From Podarcis muralis (taxonomy: Eukaryota): a stretch of DNA of 63,437 bases. Of the stretch, positions 48,045 through 60,187 are shown piece after piece; the stretch's first letter is position 1, and each line of letters begins with the position of its first letter. The DNA is taken from positions 20,956,564 through 21,020,000 of the forward strand of contig NC_135662.1 of the NCBI RefSeq assembly GCF_964188315.1, given 5' to 3'. Position numbers and translations under genes: made by a program. The notes under the pieces were generated by a model, which did not search any database, was not told where the DNA came from, and saw nothing but the letters and a program-made list of their open reading frames with translations.

Positions 48045-51000
48045 TACAACAATATGTATGCTCTGTCTATTTCAGAGAAAATAACTCACAAACATGTTTC
48101 AAAGGATAAGGAAGACCAAGAACATTCCTATGCAGTTTGGTGGGATTTCATTTCTTTCATGTCAAATCTTCGCCACCAAATTGCAAAGTTTGGTGATCAT
48201 GATGTGTCTTGCTCCTTTAATTTTTTTCCATTACATGGTCTCTGTTTGTTTGTAAAATAAATCTGTACTGCTCCTGTGTTTTGTAACTTTGTTTGGGTTT
48301 TCTTTTTTGTCTCTACTTTTGATTTTACATTAAAAAAAACTTTGTTAGAAACCCTCCCTAAACAAAACTTCTCAATTCAAGGAAAAGGAACAAAGACGTC
48401 AGAGATATTCTTTAACACATAAGCAACCCAAGCATACTGAGCTATGCTGTTGACTAAGTTCGTGGCTCTTTTCATCTCCTTCCTGGTCTTTTATTATTAT
48501 TATTGCAATCTTTTTATAGTAGAATCTGCAGATGTTCACATATAAGGTAAAAAAATGGTTTGGCTTAACATGTTATCCAAACTCAGGCTCATAGTTAAGC
48601 TCTCTCCTCGCTGACCCCTCCTGGCTAACCACAACGTTTGTTCTTGGCTATAGTTTGTCGTTAACGAGTTGAGTGGAAATGTTAAATACCCATTCCATGT
48701 AAAAGTTTTCCCACTTCTTCTAAGAAAGAAGTATTATCACACAAAACAAAAAGGAATCCGAACATACACATTAGTTACAAGCTAGAGAAGGTTATAGTAT
48801 AGTTGCAAGATGTGGTGCATTTGCCTCAAAAATGTTAACCAGTGATGCTGCTGGCAAAATGTTTCATTACAATTAAGAGAGAACTTGCAGTCCTGAAGCC
48901 CATCCTATCCCCTGACTGTGTTTAAGGAATACTCCTGGACTGGCTGTGCCACAATTTCTCTTTGGAGAAGGAAACGATAAAAGTTTATCAAGCATTATTT
49001 TAGCTCTCCTTCCTACTGCATAGTGGCAGGTGCTATTTATATATTTCCAGCTATTGTACAAAACCCAAGTTTATCTACTGATCGTATTCTGAAATATGAA
49101 TACAAATATCTGAAAAGTACAAGCAATTCAGCATCCAACGTTAGCAAATAATTCACATGCAAACAGGTATTTTGCTGAACCGCCCAAGTGACATTTTTAC
49201 CCATAGGAATATAATAAAATGTTGGTTCCCCCATCTATTTTTTCCCCGTACTAAATTATATCCACAATTAAAAGAGGCTATCTTTTGGAACATTGAACCT
49301 ATTAAAGACATTATCCCAAAGCAGAAAAAGTATCCTTCACTCACATTATCGGGACTCTTAGCTCATTACTAGATAGCATAAAATAGGTCAATAAGGCACC
49401 ACTTGAAACATTAGCTTTTCTGGTAAGCAGAATTAGGAAAGCAATGAAAGCATTTTCTTCCACATTTAGTCAATTGTAAATATTAGCCAGAAAGACAAAG
49501 ATTTTAAAAAACCCTTTCAGTTCAGTCCATATCTCAGTTAAGCTGAAACATATTTGGATTTATACTGATTTACTCAGACTGAAGTGAATGGCATTGTAGA
49601 GGCTTAAAATCCAAATGCTTAGCCAAGCTCTGGATCAGAGCTTTTATTATTCATTTGATAATATTCAATACGGTTTACTTCTTCAAGCTTTAGAAAATGC
49701 TTGTGCAGTTTTAAAGATATGCTTTCAGCAACAATGTACACAACTATCTCATGTGTACATATGCCAAAGCGGAAAGAAGTGTATCTGCTGAAAATGCAAA
49801 AGTGATGGCAAGAAGCTTAGAAAGAGTTGGCATTACCCAAGAAGCTTAAAGCAGTGGAGTAAAGGGGAATAAAATTGTACATCCAGTCTGTTCTTTTGAC
49901 TCAAGACAAGGGGTACCATTTGGCCAGTGCAAAGTATGAGAAAAACTAGCCACTTAGGTGTTGAGCCATACATAGGGCACTTCTTTTAAGCTTTCTGACT
50001 TGTGGCCAATGATATAGATGATCCTTCACAAACATTTAAAGGGGGTTTAACTAATATTGCAGTTGGGAATTGGGGCTAAAGCAAGCTCTTTGCATTCTCT
50101 TTTGAAATGCTCTTAATTCAACACAAACTTCCATCCCAAGCTGTGAAGTAAGTCCTCAGCAGTCTAGAAAAGATGTGCAGCAATGAGAGCAAAACTTCAA
50201 AAAATAAATAGAAATTTCCCCTGGGTATAAAATAATTAGAGCTGAGCCAAAACAGTCTTTTTAGTTCTATTTTCACTTCTGTTATTGCCTCCATTTTATG
50301 GCATGGTTTCACCTACTAGCCCCAAATTTCACCCCCTTTTTTTTGTCCAGGTCCTGAATTCTAAAAAGTAAAGGTGCTGATTTTTAAGACTCAATGGTAC
50401 AGTGCAGCCAACCCCTTCGGCCACAGTGAACCTTGGGAAGCTATCCCAACCCAGAGCTAAAATTTACGAGGAATTCCTTTACTGCGAGCCTGCCAACCTT
50501 GTCTACAGCCACAGAGGATGGAGAAAAACATACCAAGAGCATAAAAAGGAATCCTGCATGAGGTTTGGCTTAGGGGAGCCGGGAACTGGTTGAACAGTCT
50601 TCAGTAACTGCACACATCTTCTGATCAGAAGAGTAGAGAGAGTCTCAAGCTGTGTTCCGTGTGCTTGCTCAGGGTCTATGTAGTTCCCATGAGCATTAAA
50701 AGCAGCCTTGCCTTGGGGAGCTTTCCTTTGGCTTTATCTGATCTGTAACTAGCATCCAGGATTTGGACAAAACGTGAAAAAGCACTTTATTTTAATAGAT
50801 TTTGCATGCAAAATTTGCATGCATTACAATTTTGACATGAACATTGAAAGTTGCAAAAGTTTGGCTAAGCTCTAGAAGTGAACCACTTGCCACAAATGTC
50901 ATAGCATTCAGCCATACCACTACATAGGGAGACAAATTCATGAGGAATGAATTTTCTGCTGGGTTCTTGCAGTGTTGTAACCAAGACAAACACAATGAAT

Positions 51001-51083
51001 ATGAGACTAGTCTCATCAAGGACACTACAGAGAAAGAAGTTCTAGCCTCTGGACGAGGGCTGGTTAACTACTTAAGAGAGCAC

Positions 51084-51164
51084 CTTGAGACGTCTGCAGA
51101 GTGTGCGCAGTTCTTCACTATTTAAAGCATCGATCCTGCGGTGATACTCAGCCACTGACACTAC
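51084..51164 (-). CDS. OXR1: OXR1 81-nt symmetric (phase 0-0) exon VVSVAEYHRRIDALNSEELRTLCRRLK
   Basis: Acceptor catattcag|GTA, weak donor AAG|GTGCTC; peptide recognised from OXR1. Confidence 0.93.
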
Positions 51165-52819
51165 CTGAATATGGAGACAGGAAGACAATAATCCACTCAT
51201 AGTTAAAGAAAAATAAAGAGCAAGAAAATAAATAACAAGATTATGGAGACATTGGGCAGGGTTAAAAAAAAAAGGACAAGCAACATACAAAACAAAACAT
51301 AAATTAAATAAAATGTAATTAGACGTTTATCATTGTAGTGATGTGATGCTCAGACACATTTCAAATTTAGAATGAACACATATAACAACAGACGTTCTCA
51401 ACAAAATAGTACCAGAAATCTGATATATTTTCATCGGAGAAGCACATCTTATAAAATAGTATGTAGGCATACACATCACTAAATAGTTTCCTTTCTTAAA
51501 TGTTGCCTGTCATTTTTAGCTGGGCATCAATGCTGACTGATGAAAAACAAGTATATTCTATAATAGCTTAGATGTTAGGTGACCACAGTGCAGTGCCATC
51601 AATAGTTTTGCATTCTTCTTAGAACACTAGTATATCAGATTACTTATAAGTAATAAAACTGCCTAATGTTAATTGTGAAAATGTATGCAGAGATACAGTT
51701 TACAAAACGATTTGTGTCTGTAGAAGGGTAAGCAATTATGTAACTATAAAACAGAATATATAGAAATTTTTTTGAATGAACCAAAGTGATGGACTCTAGC
51801 CAGAACTCTCAGTAAGCTTAACTTTTTCTTGTTCGTTATAATACAGCAGCTGTAGATCTTAAAGCAACTAACTGCAGTGTCAATCCCACTGCACAATAGT
51901 ACCAGGGAGGCTGATTGGGTCCATCCAACTTTAAGGATGTTTCTGGAATCTCACACCAAAGGTTGGATTATGGGAATTCATATGGGTATAGGTACAGTAC
52001 ATTAGAAACTCCTAATATATTAGAAACAGTCTTCTTTAAAAATGCTGTCTGTTTTCATGAAAGAAAGAAAACTAATCTAATTTCTATATTTTCTGTTTAC
52101 CAAAGAAGCCATTCATCGCCCCCAAATTGGGCTGCATCCAACAAAGTCATTCTGTTGACAAAAGAACTTCCAGTTGCACAATGGAACTTCCCCTCCCTGC
52201 AGACCTCCTCCAAATTTGTTCTCAAGTTTTCCCCAGGCCCCTGGAGCAGATTAGTGGGGGTGGGGGAGTCCAGTTGCACAGACACAAGTCCTAGCACTAA
52301 AGCAGCTACTTTGTTGGATACAACAATCTCAGGACTAGGCTGAAAGACACACCCCTGTGCTTATCACACCCTCAGGACTCTCACAAGGCCATCCACATGC
52401 CTCACTGGCCCTGCTCCATGCCCTCCCCCCAGAGAATTTCGCCTGACTGGACTGTATCTGTGAACTATGATAATACCTTGAGAGGTTGCATATTTGTAAG
52501 CCTCTGGCTTGGGTGTGGCTGGAATGCAGCCTCTTGTATACAGCGGCGGTGTCCAACCGGTCAACAGGTAGATCGCAGGCAAGTAATGTTTCCGCCTCCC
52601 GCCAAAAAAAAAGCTCAACGACCCTGGTCAATCCCCACCCCCCCTCAAAATGCATGCTCTTCCTCCCTCCAATGACAATGGGTAGATCACTGCCAGTTAT
52701 TTTATACTGGGAGTAGATTGCAGTCTCTTGGGAGTTGGAAGTGCCTGGTATACAGGTAAGAGTCACATCTTTTGCTCTGCCTACTTATGCCTCTGGACCT
52801 TCCAGCCACTGGCATGCAA

Positions 52820-53345
52820 GCACTAGCATGAACAACTGCCCTACAAGGAAAGGTTACAACATTTGTGGCTTTGGAGGTTTGTGTGGCACACGCACAGCGG
52901 AAATATAAAATAATGCATCTTGTAGAGAAAGAAAGTGAGGAGGCATTTCTCTCTCACTATAATGAACAGTGGGAGATGCAGGACAAAGTGAAATATTTTA
53001 TCACAGAGTACATAGTTGAATGGTGAAATTTGCTACTAGAAGATGCGGCGATGGGCACCAGTTTAGGAGCTTTATAACAGAATTACAGAGATTCATTTAC
53101 AAAATTTATATACCGCACAATATAAAAATCTCTGAGCATTTACTTAGAATAAAAACTTTTTAAAACTAAATAAAAACAGAACACAATTTGAAGAATTCAC
53201 AGAGGATAAGGCTTTCAACAGCTGCTAGTCACCATGGGTATTTGCTACCTGCAGGGATCAGAGGCAGCAACGTGCCTCTGAATGCCTGCATCTGGGTAAC
53301 CACAGAAAAGGTCTATTGCCTATTTCCTGCTTGCAAGCTTACCAT
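52820..53345 (+). mobile_element. degraded CR1 ORF2 3' end
   Basis: CTGCCCTACAAGGAAAGGTTACAACA...CAGGACAAAGTGAAATATTTTATCACAGAG...GATGCGGCGATGGGCACCAG...GAGGATAAGGC. Confidence 0.6.
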
Positions 53346-53547
53346 AGGACTACGTTCTAGGTCTTTATATATTCTTAAGTCATAAAACAGTGTTAATAAC
53401 ACAAGCATGGGTAAACTAATTAACACCTGTTCCTCATGATATACTGGAATGGTTTCAGCAGGGAGCTACAGGTGAGGCCACATGGTATCCTGTCAGTTTC
53501 TCTACAAACATCCTAGGCAGTGATTAAACCCTCTCACAAACCCAAAA

Positions 53548-54270
53548 CAGTATGGTGTCAGCAATATTCTGATGACACACAGCTCTACTTATCCTTTACA
53601 TCTGTAGGTGTGGCAGTGGATATGCTGAACCACTGTAATGCCTCATTAATGGACTGCATGAGAACCAACAAACTGAAGCTCAAGCCAGGTAAGGCTAAGG
53701 CGTTGTCTGTGGGTGGTTGCCTAGACTGGATGGGATGGGAGGTTGCCTGTCTGAGGGAGCTGGTACACAGCTTGGGGTTACTTACGGATCCTTTGCTGTT
53801 GTTTGAGATTCAGGTGGCCTCAGTGGTGCAGTGCCCTCCATCAGCTTGGGCTGATGGCCCAGCTGTACCCCAATCTGGACAGGGATAGCCTCTCTTCTGT
53901 TCTCTATGCTCTGGTAACCTCTAGGTTAGATTACTGCAATGTGTTATTTGTAAGACTGCCTCTGAAGATGGTCCAGCAACTTCAGCTGGTGCAGAATTTG
54001 GCGACCAAGTTGCTTATCTGTGCAATGCTCTCCCCAAGGAAGCTTGCCTGAAGCCTTCATTACATATCTTTAGGTGCCAGGAAAAAGTGTCTCGATAACA
54101 TTCTATGCCCTTTTAAATGTGTTTGTGGGAAGGGGAGATATTCTTCTGTTTTTGTTTTATTATGTATTTTGTGCTCTTATTTTACATTTTTATGTTGCGA
54201 ACTACCCTATGATCTTTGGATGAAGGGCGGTATACAAATTTAATAAATGAAATAAAATAATAAATAAGGA
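53548..54270 (+). mobile_element. degraded L2 LINE RT / 3' fragment in OXR1 intron
   Basis: YSDDTQLYLSF (YADD-like), MRTNKLKLKPGK, LVTSRLDYCN, LQLVQN; frameshifted; (AATA)n tail. Confidence 0.85.
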
Positions 54271-55356
54271 ATTTCAATTCTATTAGCTGCGGCCTGAATC
54301 AAGATAGCGGCTGTCTGCATTTGTACCCCCCCTACAACCCACCCATGCCAGGACGTCTTATAGTATTGCTTTAGGAAAGGTCAATGTAGTGACCTTTAAA
54401 AAAACATATATTAAAAAAAACTTTCACACAACTGTCTGCCTGCACTTTTTGAATTTAGATTTTCTCTCCATCCTTATCCCTCTTCCACGAACATGCGTGT
54501 GCATAGCTGCCAACTTAGGATAACACTCAATGTACCTGATAAAGTGGACTCTAACCCTTTTTATCAAGGGTTGCCAAGCTTTATTGGACAGTGGGAACAC
54601 GGGCAATTTTGAGAAGATGCTGTGGGTTCCAGTCAAAAAATGGCTGAGCCATGGGCCATAGCATAATGCAAAATGCTGCCACAGAAAGCGACATAATCCC
54701 AAATAAATACAGCATGCCTCTCTTCAGTAACAAGACATATATGTGGGTACCACTGTGCTAGCTCACAATGGTTAAGCTCTTCGCACTTCTTCTCTGCTAG
54801 GAACAGAAGGGAGGATGGGTGTTCAATCCTTGTATTCAATGAAATCTGGAGATGCTTGAGGAAGTGCTTTCAATGTAGGAGAAACCAAGTCAGTGCAAAC
54901 ATGAACTGAGTAGTAAAGGCAACTAGTCTCTTGTGCACTGTGAGGTACTGGCACACATACGCACAAGCCTGCAGGTGTAGATATGTGAAGTTCCAGAAAA
55001 ATAGGAAAAATTCCAAGGGAAGAATTTAGCTCCCTTGCTTTGGCGGAGGGAATAGGGGGCATAGAAAAAAATCTAGTTCTCCTCCCTCCAGATTTCTCCA
55101 GGGTGCTTCACCTTCTTCACATATTTGCACAGTACCATGTTGTCAAACCTCATCCCAAGGTGTCACACAGCTACCCTTTGGGGGAAATGGTTACAACGGC
55201 AGGTGAAGTCTGGGTCCCCAAACTGAAATTAAGAGCATACCAAATTTCATTTTAATCCATGTTAGAAATGGTGACATGTAAGGGCAGAAGGGGTTGGGAA
55301 AGTTCATACAATCATCTACGCAATCAGGGTGAACATTTTACAGATTTGTTCAAGTA

Positions 55357-55735
55357 GGTAAGGTAAAGGTATATGACCCCTGGATGGTTGAGTCCAGTCA
55401 AATGAGACTATGGGGTGCGGCACTCATCTAGCTTTTTAGGCTGAGTGAGCCAGTGTTTGTCCATAGACAGCTTTGCAGGTCATGTGGCCAGCATGACTAA
55501 ACCGCTTCTGGCACAATGGAGCACGATGATGGAAGCCAGAGTACACAGAAATGCCGTTTACCTTCCTGGCACAGCAGTACCTATTTATCTATTTGCACTG
55601 GTATGCTTTCAAACTGCTAGGTTGGCAGAAGCTGGAACAGAGCAATGGGAGCTCACCCCGTGGGGCGAATTTGAACTGCCAACCTTCTGATCAGCAAGCC
55701 CAAAAGGCTCAGTGGCTTAGACCACAGCACCACCC
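55357..55735 (-). mobile_element. Sauria SINE (second subfamily), 11-bp TSD TTGTTCAAGTA
   Basis: TSD at 55346-55356 and 55736-55746; same diagnostic motifs as the copy at 27078. Confidence 0.87.
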
Positions 55736-57493
55736 TTGTTCAAGTACCAGGAGTTAAATGAGGATGTACTCAACCAGTGAAAACAATTAGAGTTAACAAA
55801 GAATACAGAAAGAAGGAAAGTGTTCAAAATAGCTAATACGGTACACATTTTTAAAATCAACGCCCCTAAAATGCTGTTTCAAGTAACTTCAGAATTAAAT
55901 AAAATAATTTTTGATTAAAGGAGGGTAACTTTCAGACGGCCTACAGAAAGAACTCTGTTCTGGAGCTGCACTGCAATAATCTCAAATGACACCACAGAAA
56001 TACATTCAGAATTGAATGCAATGATTTAGTTTTTTTACCACCATCCCATGTAAATCCAGAGAAACATCTCAGCTACGTAAAGGATTCCAGGCAGCATTCT
56101 TATACCCACCCTAGCACTTTCTCTTTATTGTGCTATCTCACATATTTAGTGCTTTGAGGACGCTACTCACATTTTGCAAACTCTGGGTTTTAGAGCATTG
56201 TGAGAGTGAGATGACAGGCCTCAACTTGATGTAAGACTTAAAGGAGCTTTACCTTTAATTATGTGTCAAAATGTTTGGTAATGGAGACATCTTATCTCAG
56301 AAAGAGATGTACAAGCAAGAAAAAATGTCTAAGTATGATTTCTATACCTGCATGTAAAGTTTCTCCCCATAGATGAGTTACTATTTTCTATTCCTCATTT
56401 CCAATTACATGTATTATATTATGTCTGTTTCTAAACAAAGAGAATAGAATGCAAATGACAGTGCCTAAAAATATGCCCAGACCCCAACCCTAATGTCTGA
56501 TCATTATTATTTTCTTTCCTATATGAACAAAAGAGAATGGATCGAAACTGATGCAATTACCAAGACACAGAAAAAATGTGGTATGCCCCCCCCCCCATTG
56601 CCTTAATTGGTCCTATTTTCCAATTTCAGATTCTTAAATCAGTATATCATGAAATACCACTATGACAAACATAGAAATATAGAATTTGGCATGAAGTACA
56701 ATTCCAGTTAGCAACTGCTTACTGTGAGGAAATACTCCTCCCTCCTGAAAGACGAATTAGTTTATACAAGTCACAGTAAGTTCTGCAGAAAGTAGCCTTG
56801 CAACTAAAAGCAGAAAATCCATGCTATTATAATGCACTTGGTTACAGAACTTCTCTCAAGTATTCCACATGCAGTTCCTTGCTTCCTGTTTCTGGCAGTT
56901 ACACAAGGGACTCACTGAGCTACAGTGACAAGCCAGAGACATAGTGACTATCCTCCATTTTATTAAAAAAAACCCAACAACTTCAGTGGCACTAATTGCT
57001 TCCTACGAGTCATTTTCAAAATACTAACATATAAAATAAAGATAAAATAAAAATAAGCTAACTTCTGCACACTGGATTTCAGATTCAATACAAGGTCTTC
57101 AAACTTCATATTTAACATTTGGAAAAACGTGCGCATTTTTAGATTAATACTATGGTTTGGAAATAATCTTTAGCTAAAATACACAAGAACAAGTAAGTTG
57201 CTATAAGAGACTTCCTAAAAGGCATTTTACCTCAATGCCTACAACAAATTGCTACATCCTATGTTTAAACCAAATCACTTTAAAGCATTATGCTCAGGTT
57301 GCAAAGTTCAACTATTAAGTAAATATTGTACTGTTCAGAATTACAGTATCTTTGCAAGGCAACAATTATCTAAAATTTAAAATTCTGCAGGTAATCTTAG
57401 AATTAATAAAGCAGGAACTACTGCTAGTTTGCCATGGTATCATCATCAAAATGACGGCCAAAACATCAATAAAATATTTCTCAAAGGAATTAC

Positions 57494-57559
57494 CAGGGTA
57501 TATTTATTTTTCATTGAATGGTGCTTTCTTCCTTTCTTGCCATACCAGAAACGAATCAT
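57494..57559 (-). CDS. OXR1: OXR1 short (TLDc-only, Oxr1-C-like) isoform first coding exon, MIRFWYGKKGRKHHSMKNKYTL
   Basis: Manual translation of the minus strand: ATG at 57559, 22 codons, donor CTG|GTAATT, phase 0. Closely resembles the mammalian short-isoform N-terminus as I recall it (MSRLWYGKKGRRHQPINHKYTL). Confidence 0.88.
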
Positions 57560-58493
57560 TTCCCTTGGAAAAATAAATTAAAGCAATTTTAGCTTTACAG
57601 AAGGATTTCCACACAACATTCTCTCTACCTGCTTTCAATTCCAGGCACAGAAGAGTCTTGCTAGAAGACAGAATAACGTGCTAGTCACAGACAACTGACT
57701 GACAGGACGGAAAGCTAATCGGTGAATAGTATGCATCCACTGGGGTGTGTCTTGCCTGGTGAATGAACAACAGGAATGTTTCTGTATTCAAGGGAGGTTG
57801 TAGTGCACTAAGGCTGAATAGTTTAAAGAGACAGAACAGCATTTTAGAATCTAGTAAGAATAATGTCAAAACAGAACTGTATCTCTTCAAGAACAGTGTT
57901 AACCCACAATTAAATATATAAAATAAAAACTGCCATTTGTTTCAGTTAACTAATTTTAATAAGCTACACTTGTTCTTTTTTTGTGTGATCACAACTTTTC
58001 TGGAAGATATCTGATTGACATTTTGCACTTAAATCTTTGCAGAAAAATATGCTTTTAAATAACACACATTGCTGAAAGTATGCTAGCCAACCATCTCAGC
58101 TGTCCTGTCTGATACACTTGTGTAGTTGAAAAGTATCAAAAGGGAAAGAGGGAGTTCTATGCATGTAGGTAGACAACTGGGCTGTGTCTCATGGGATAAC
58201 CTGAACCCCAGGTTTCTCAGGTGTAAATGGAAGTAACAGTGCCATCAATGTTAACATTTTGAAATATTTTGAGAGGGGGGATCCTTGGGCACCTGAGCCT
58301 AGAAGTAAAGCATTACAGACACAAACATGTATATTATGCACACCCTGTAACTCAGTCTCACAGACACACATAGTATACCCCATGCAAACTGATTGTATAT
58401 GCAGTATACAGTCTGTGTATGCGGTGACATATAATAGTACTACAAACATGTTTCACAAAGTAGCAGTTTCACATAGTTCTCATTACTCTAGCT

Positions 58494-58701
58494 CAGGGGT
58501 CTGCAACCTTTAAGACAAAAAGAGCCACTTGGACCGAAGAAAAAACAACTGGGAGCCGCAAAACCATTGCGACATTTAAAACAGTGGGGAGTTTCGGGGC
58601 ACACAATGCGCCTCCTCCCCTCGCTAGTATCCGCCCCGGAGCTGCGGCAAAGGTGTAAAAGAGCCACATGCGGCTCCGGAGCCGCGGGTTGCTGACCCCT
58701 G
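58494..58701. mobile_element. hAT MITE, 8-bp TSD CTCTAGCT
   Basis: TIR CAGGGGTCTGCAACC / GGTTGCTGACCCCTG (14/15); TSD at 58486-58493 and 58702-58709. Confidence 0.9.
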
Positions 58702-59858
58702 CTCTAGCTTAAACATCTAGGAAGAAAGTGATAATATGCTTTTATAAGCCTTGAAAAAGAATTACACAGCATAGGAAGTGTACCTTCCCACTTCCCGATA
58801 ATGTTTATAGAGATGTCTAGTTGAAGGGGCACAAGCAAGATTTGTACCAATAACAAATTTATTACATGAGCAGCACAGATTTTATACAAAACCCTATTTA
58901 AACAATGTATCATGTTCTTTGTTCACGGAAATGAATAGCATTTTGGCCTTACAACAACAGTTAGGCCAAAAAATAAGAATTGTCTGATGCCACCCAATAC
59001 GTTTCATCTGCAGCTGGGGTTTCCCCAGACTGCTGGACAGGGTGAGAAATATAGACAGGTGAACAAAGCATTTAAGTCACCACAAAACTCAAACCTTTGT
59101 ACTGCAGCCAATTCCCTAGGTACATTTCTTTATTTCATATGAAATAATTTAAACTGTGCAATGACAAACCTACTCACATAAATTAGCTTTGGTTGCTATG
59201 TGGGAAATATGTATATTCTCCTCCTTTCCCTCTGCTGCACGTGGAGAGAAGAGACGAGACGTGCTATGCTCTGGTCTGCCACATACACCTTACATTTCAT
59301 AATCGTTCCTCAGAGGCAGAGAGTTATAGACTTTTCCTAGCTGGCCTGAGGTCCTGCAATATACAGGCTTTTCCTCTACACACCCATATTGGCAGGTATT
59401 TTGCTGGCTTTGTAGATGAAGATTAGATGGAAAAACCTGATCACCTTCCTGTCAGACAATCCTGACTGGAAAGCATCATCTGTACAATGAATTCAAAATT
59501 GGAAGGATGACAGAAAGAGCTAAAAGGTGCATGTGGTGCAAACAGGCTGTTATTGGATAGCAACAGCATCACTGTGTGTGTGTTGCCCATAACCAAATCA
59601 AGCAAGACATAGCTGACTTCCCTTGTGAAGAATAAAGTTGTTGGGGGTGTCTGTCTCTCCGTTTCTGTGTTATACCACACTGCCTATGGGAGCCATCCTG
59701 CATTATGCCACATCTTCCCCATGGCAGTGAGTATGTGACTAGCACTCCCAGTACACTCGGAAAATGGAAATGTCCCTACTAGTCCAAAAGGTTTGGCAAC
59801 CCTGAGCTAGGGAGTTAAGAATTCACTCTCACAAGATGCAGTGATGGCCCACAACTTA

Positions 59859-60187
59859 CCGTATATACTTGAGTATAAGCTGACCCAAATATAAACCGAG
59901 GCACCTAATTTTAGCACAAAAAACTGGGAAAACTTATTGACTCAAGTATAAGCCGGTTCACCACACCACAAACCTGGTGGTGGCGGCAGCAGCAGCAGTG
60001 GAGGAATAACAAGCAGCCCAAACGGGCTACTTTTGGGCTGCTCGTTCCTCCTCCTCTACCAACAGCGGCAAAGGCGGCGGAGGAGGAAGGAGCAGCCCGA
60101 AAGGACCCTCACTCAAGTATAAGCCAAGGGGGCATTTTCAGTATAAAAAAGTGCTGAAAAAGTCGGCTCATACTCGAGTATATATGG
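59859..60187. mobile_element. Tc1/mariner-type MITE (25-bp TIR, TA TSD) inside a CR1 remnant
   Basis: TA|CCGTATATACTTGAGTATAAGCTGA...TCGGCTCATACTCGAGTATATATGG|TA; 21/25 TIR identity. Confidence 0.85.

Noticed and set aside
59445-59479. 35-nt AG...GT candidate OXR1 exon (MMLSSQDCLTG)
   Set aside because: Ends in phase 2, incompatible with the phase-0 downstream exons, and has a weak pyrimidine tract; at most a non-coding exon.
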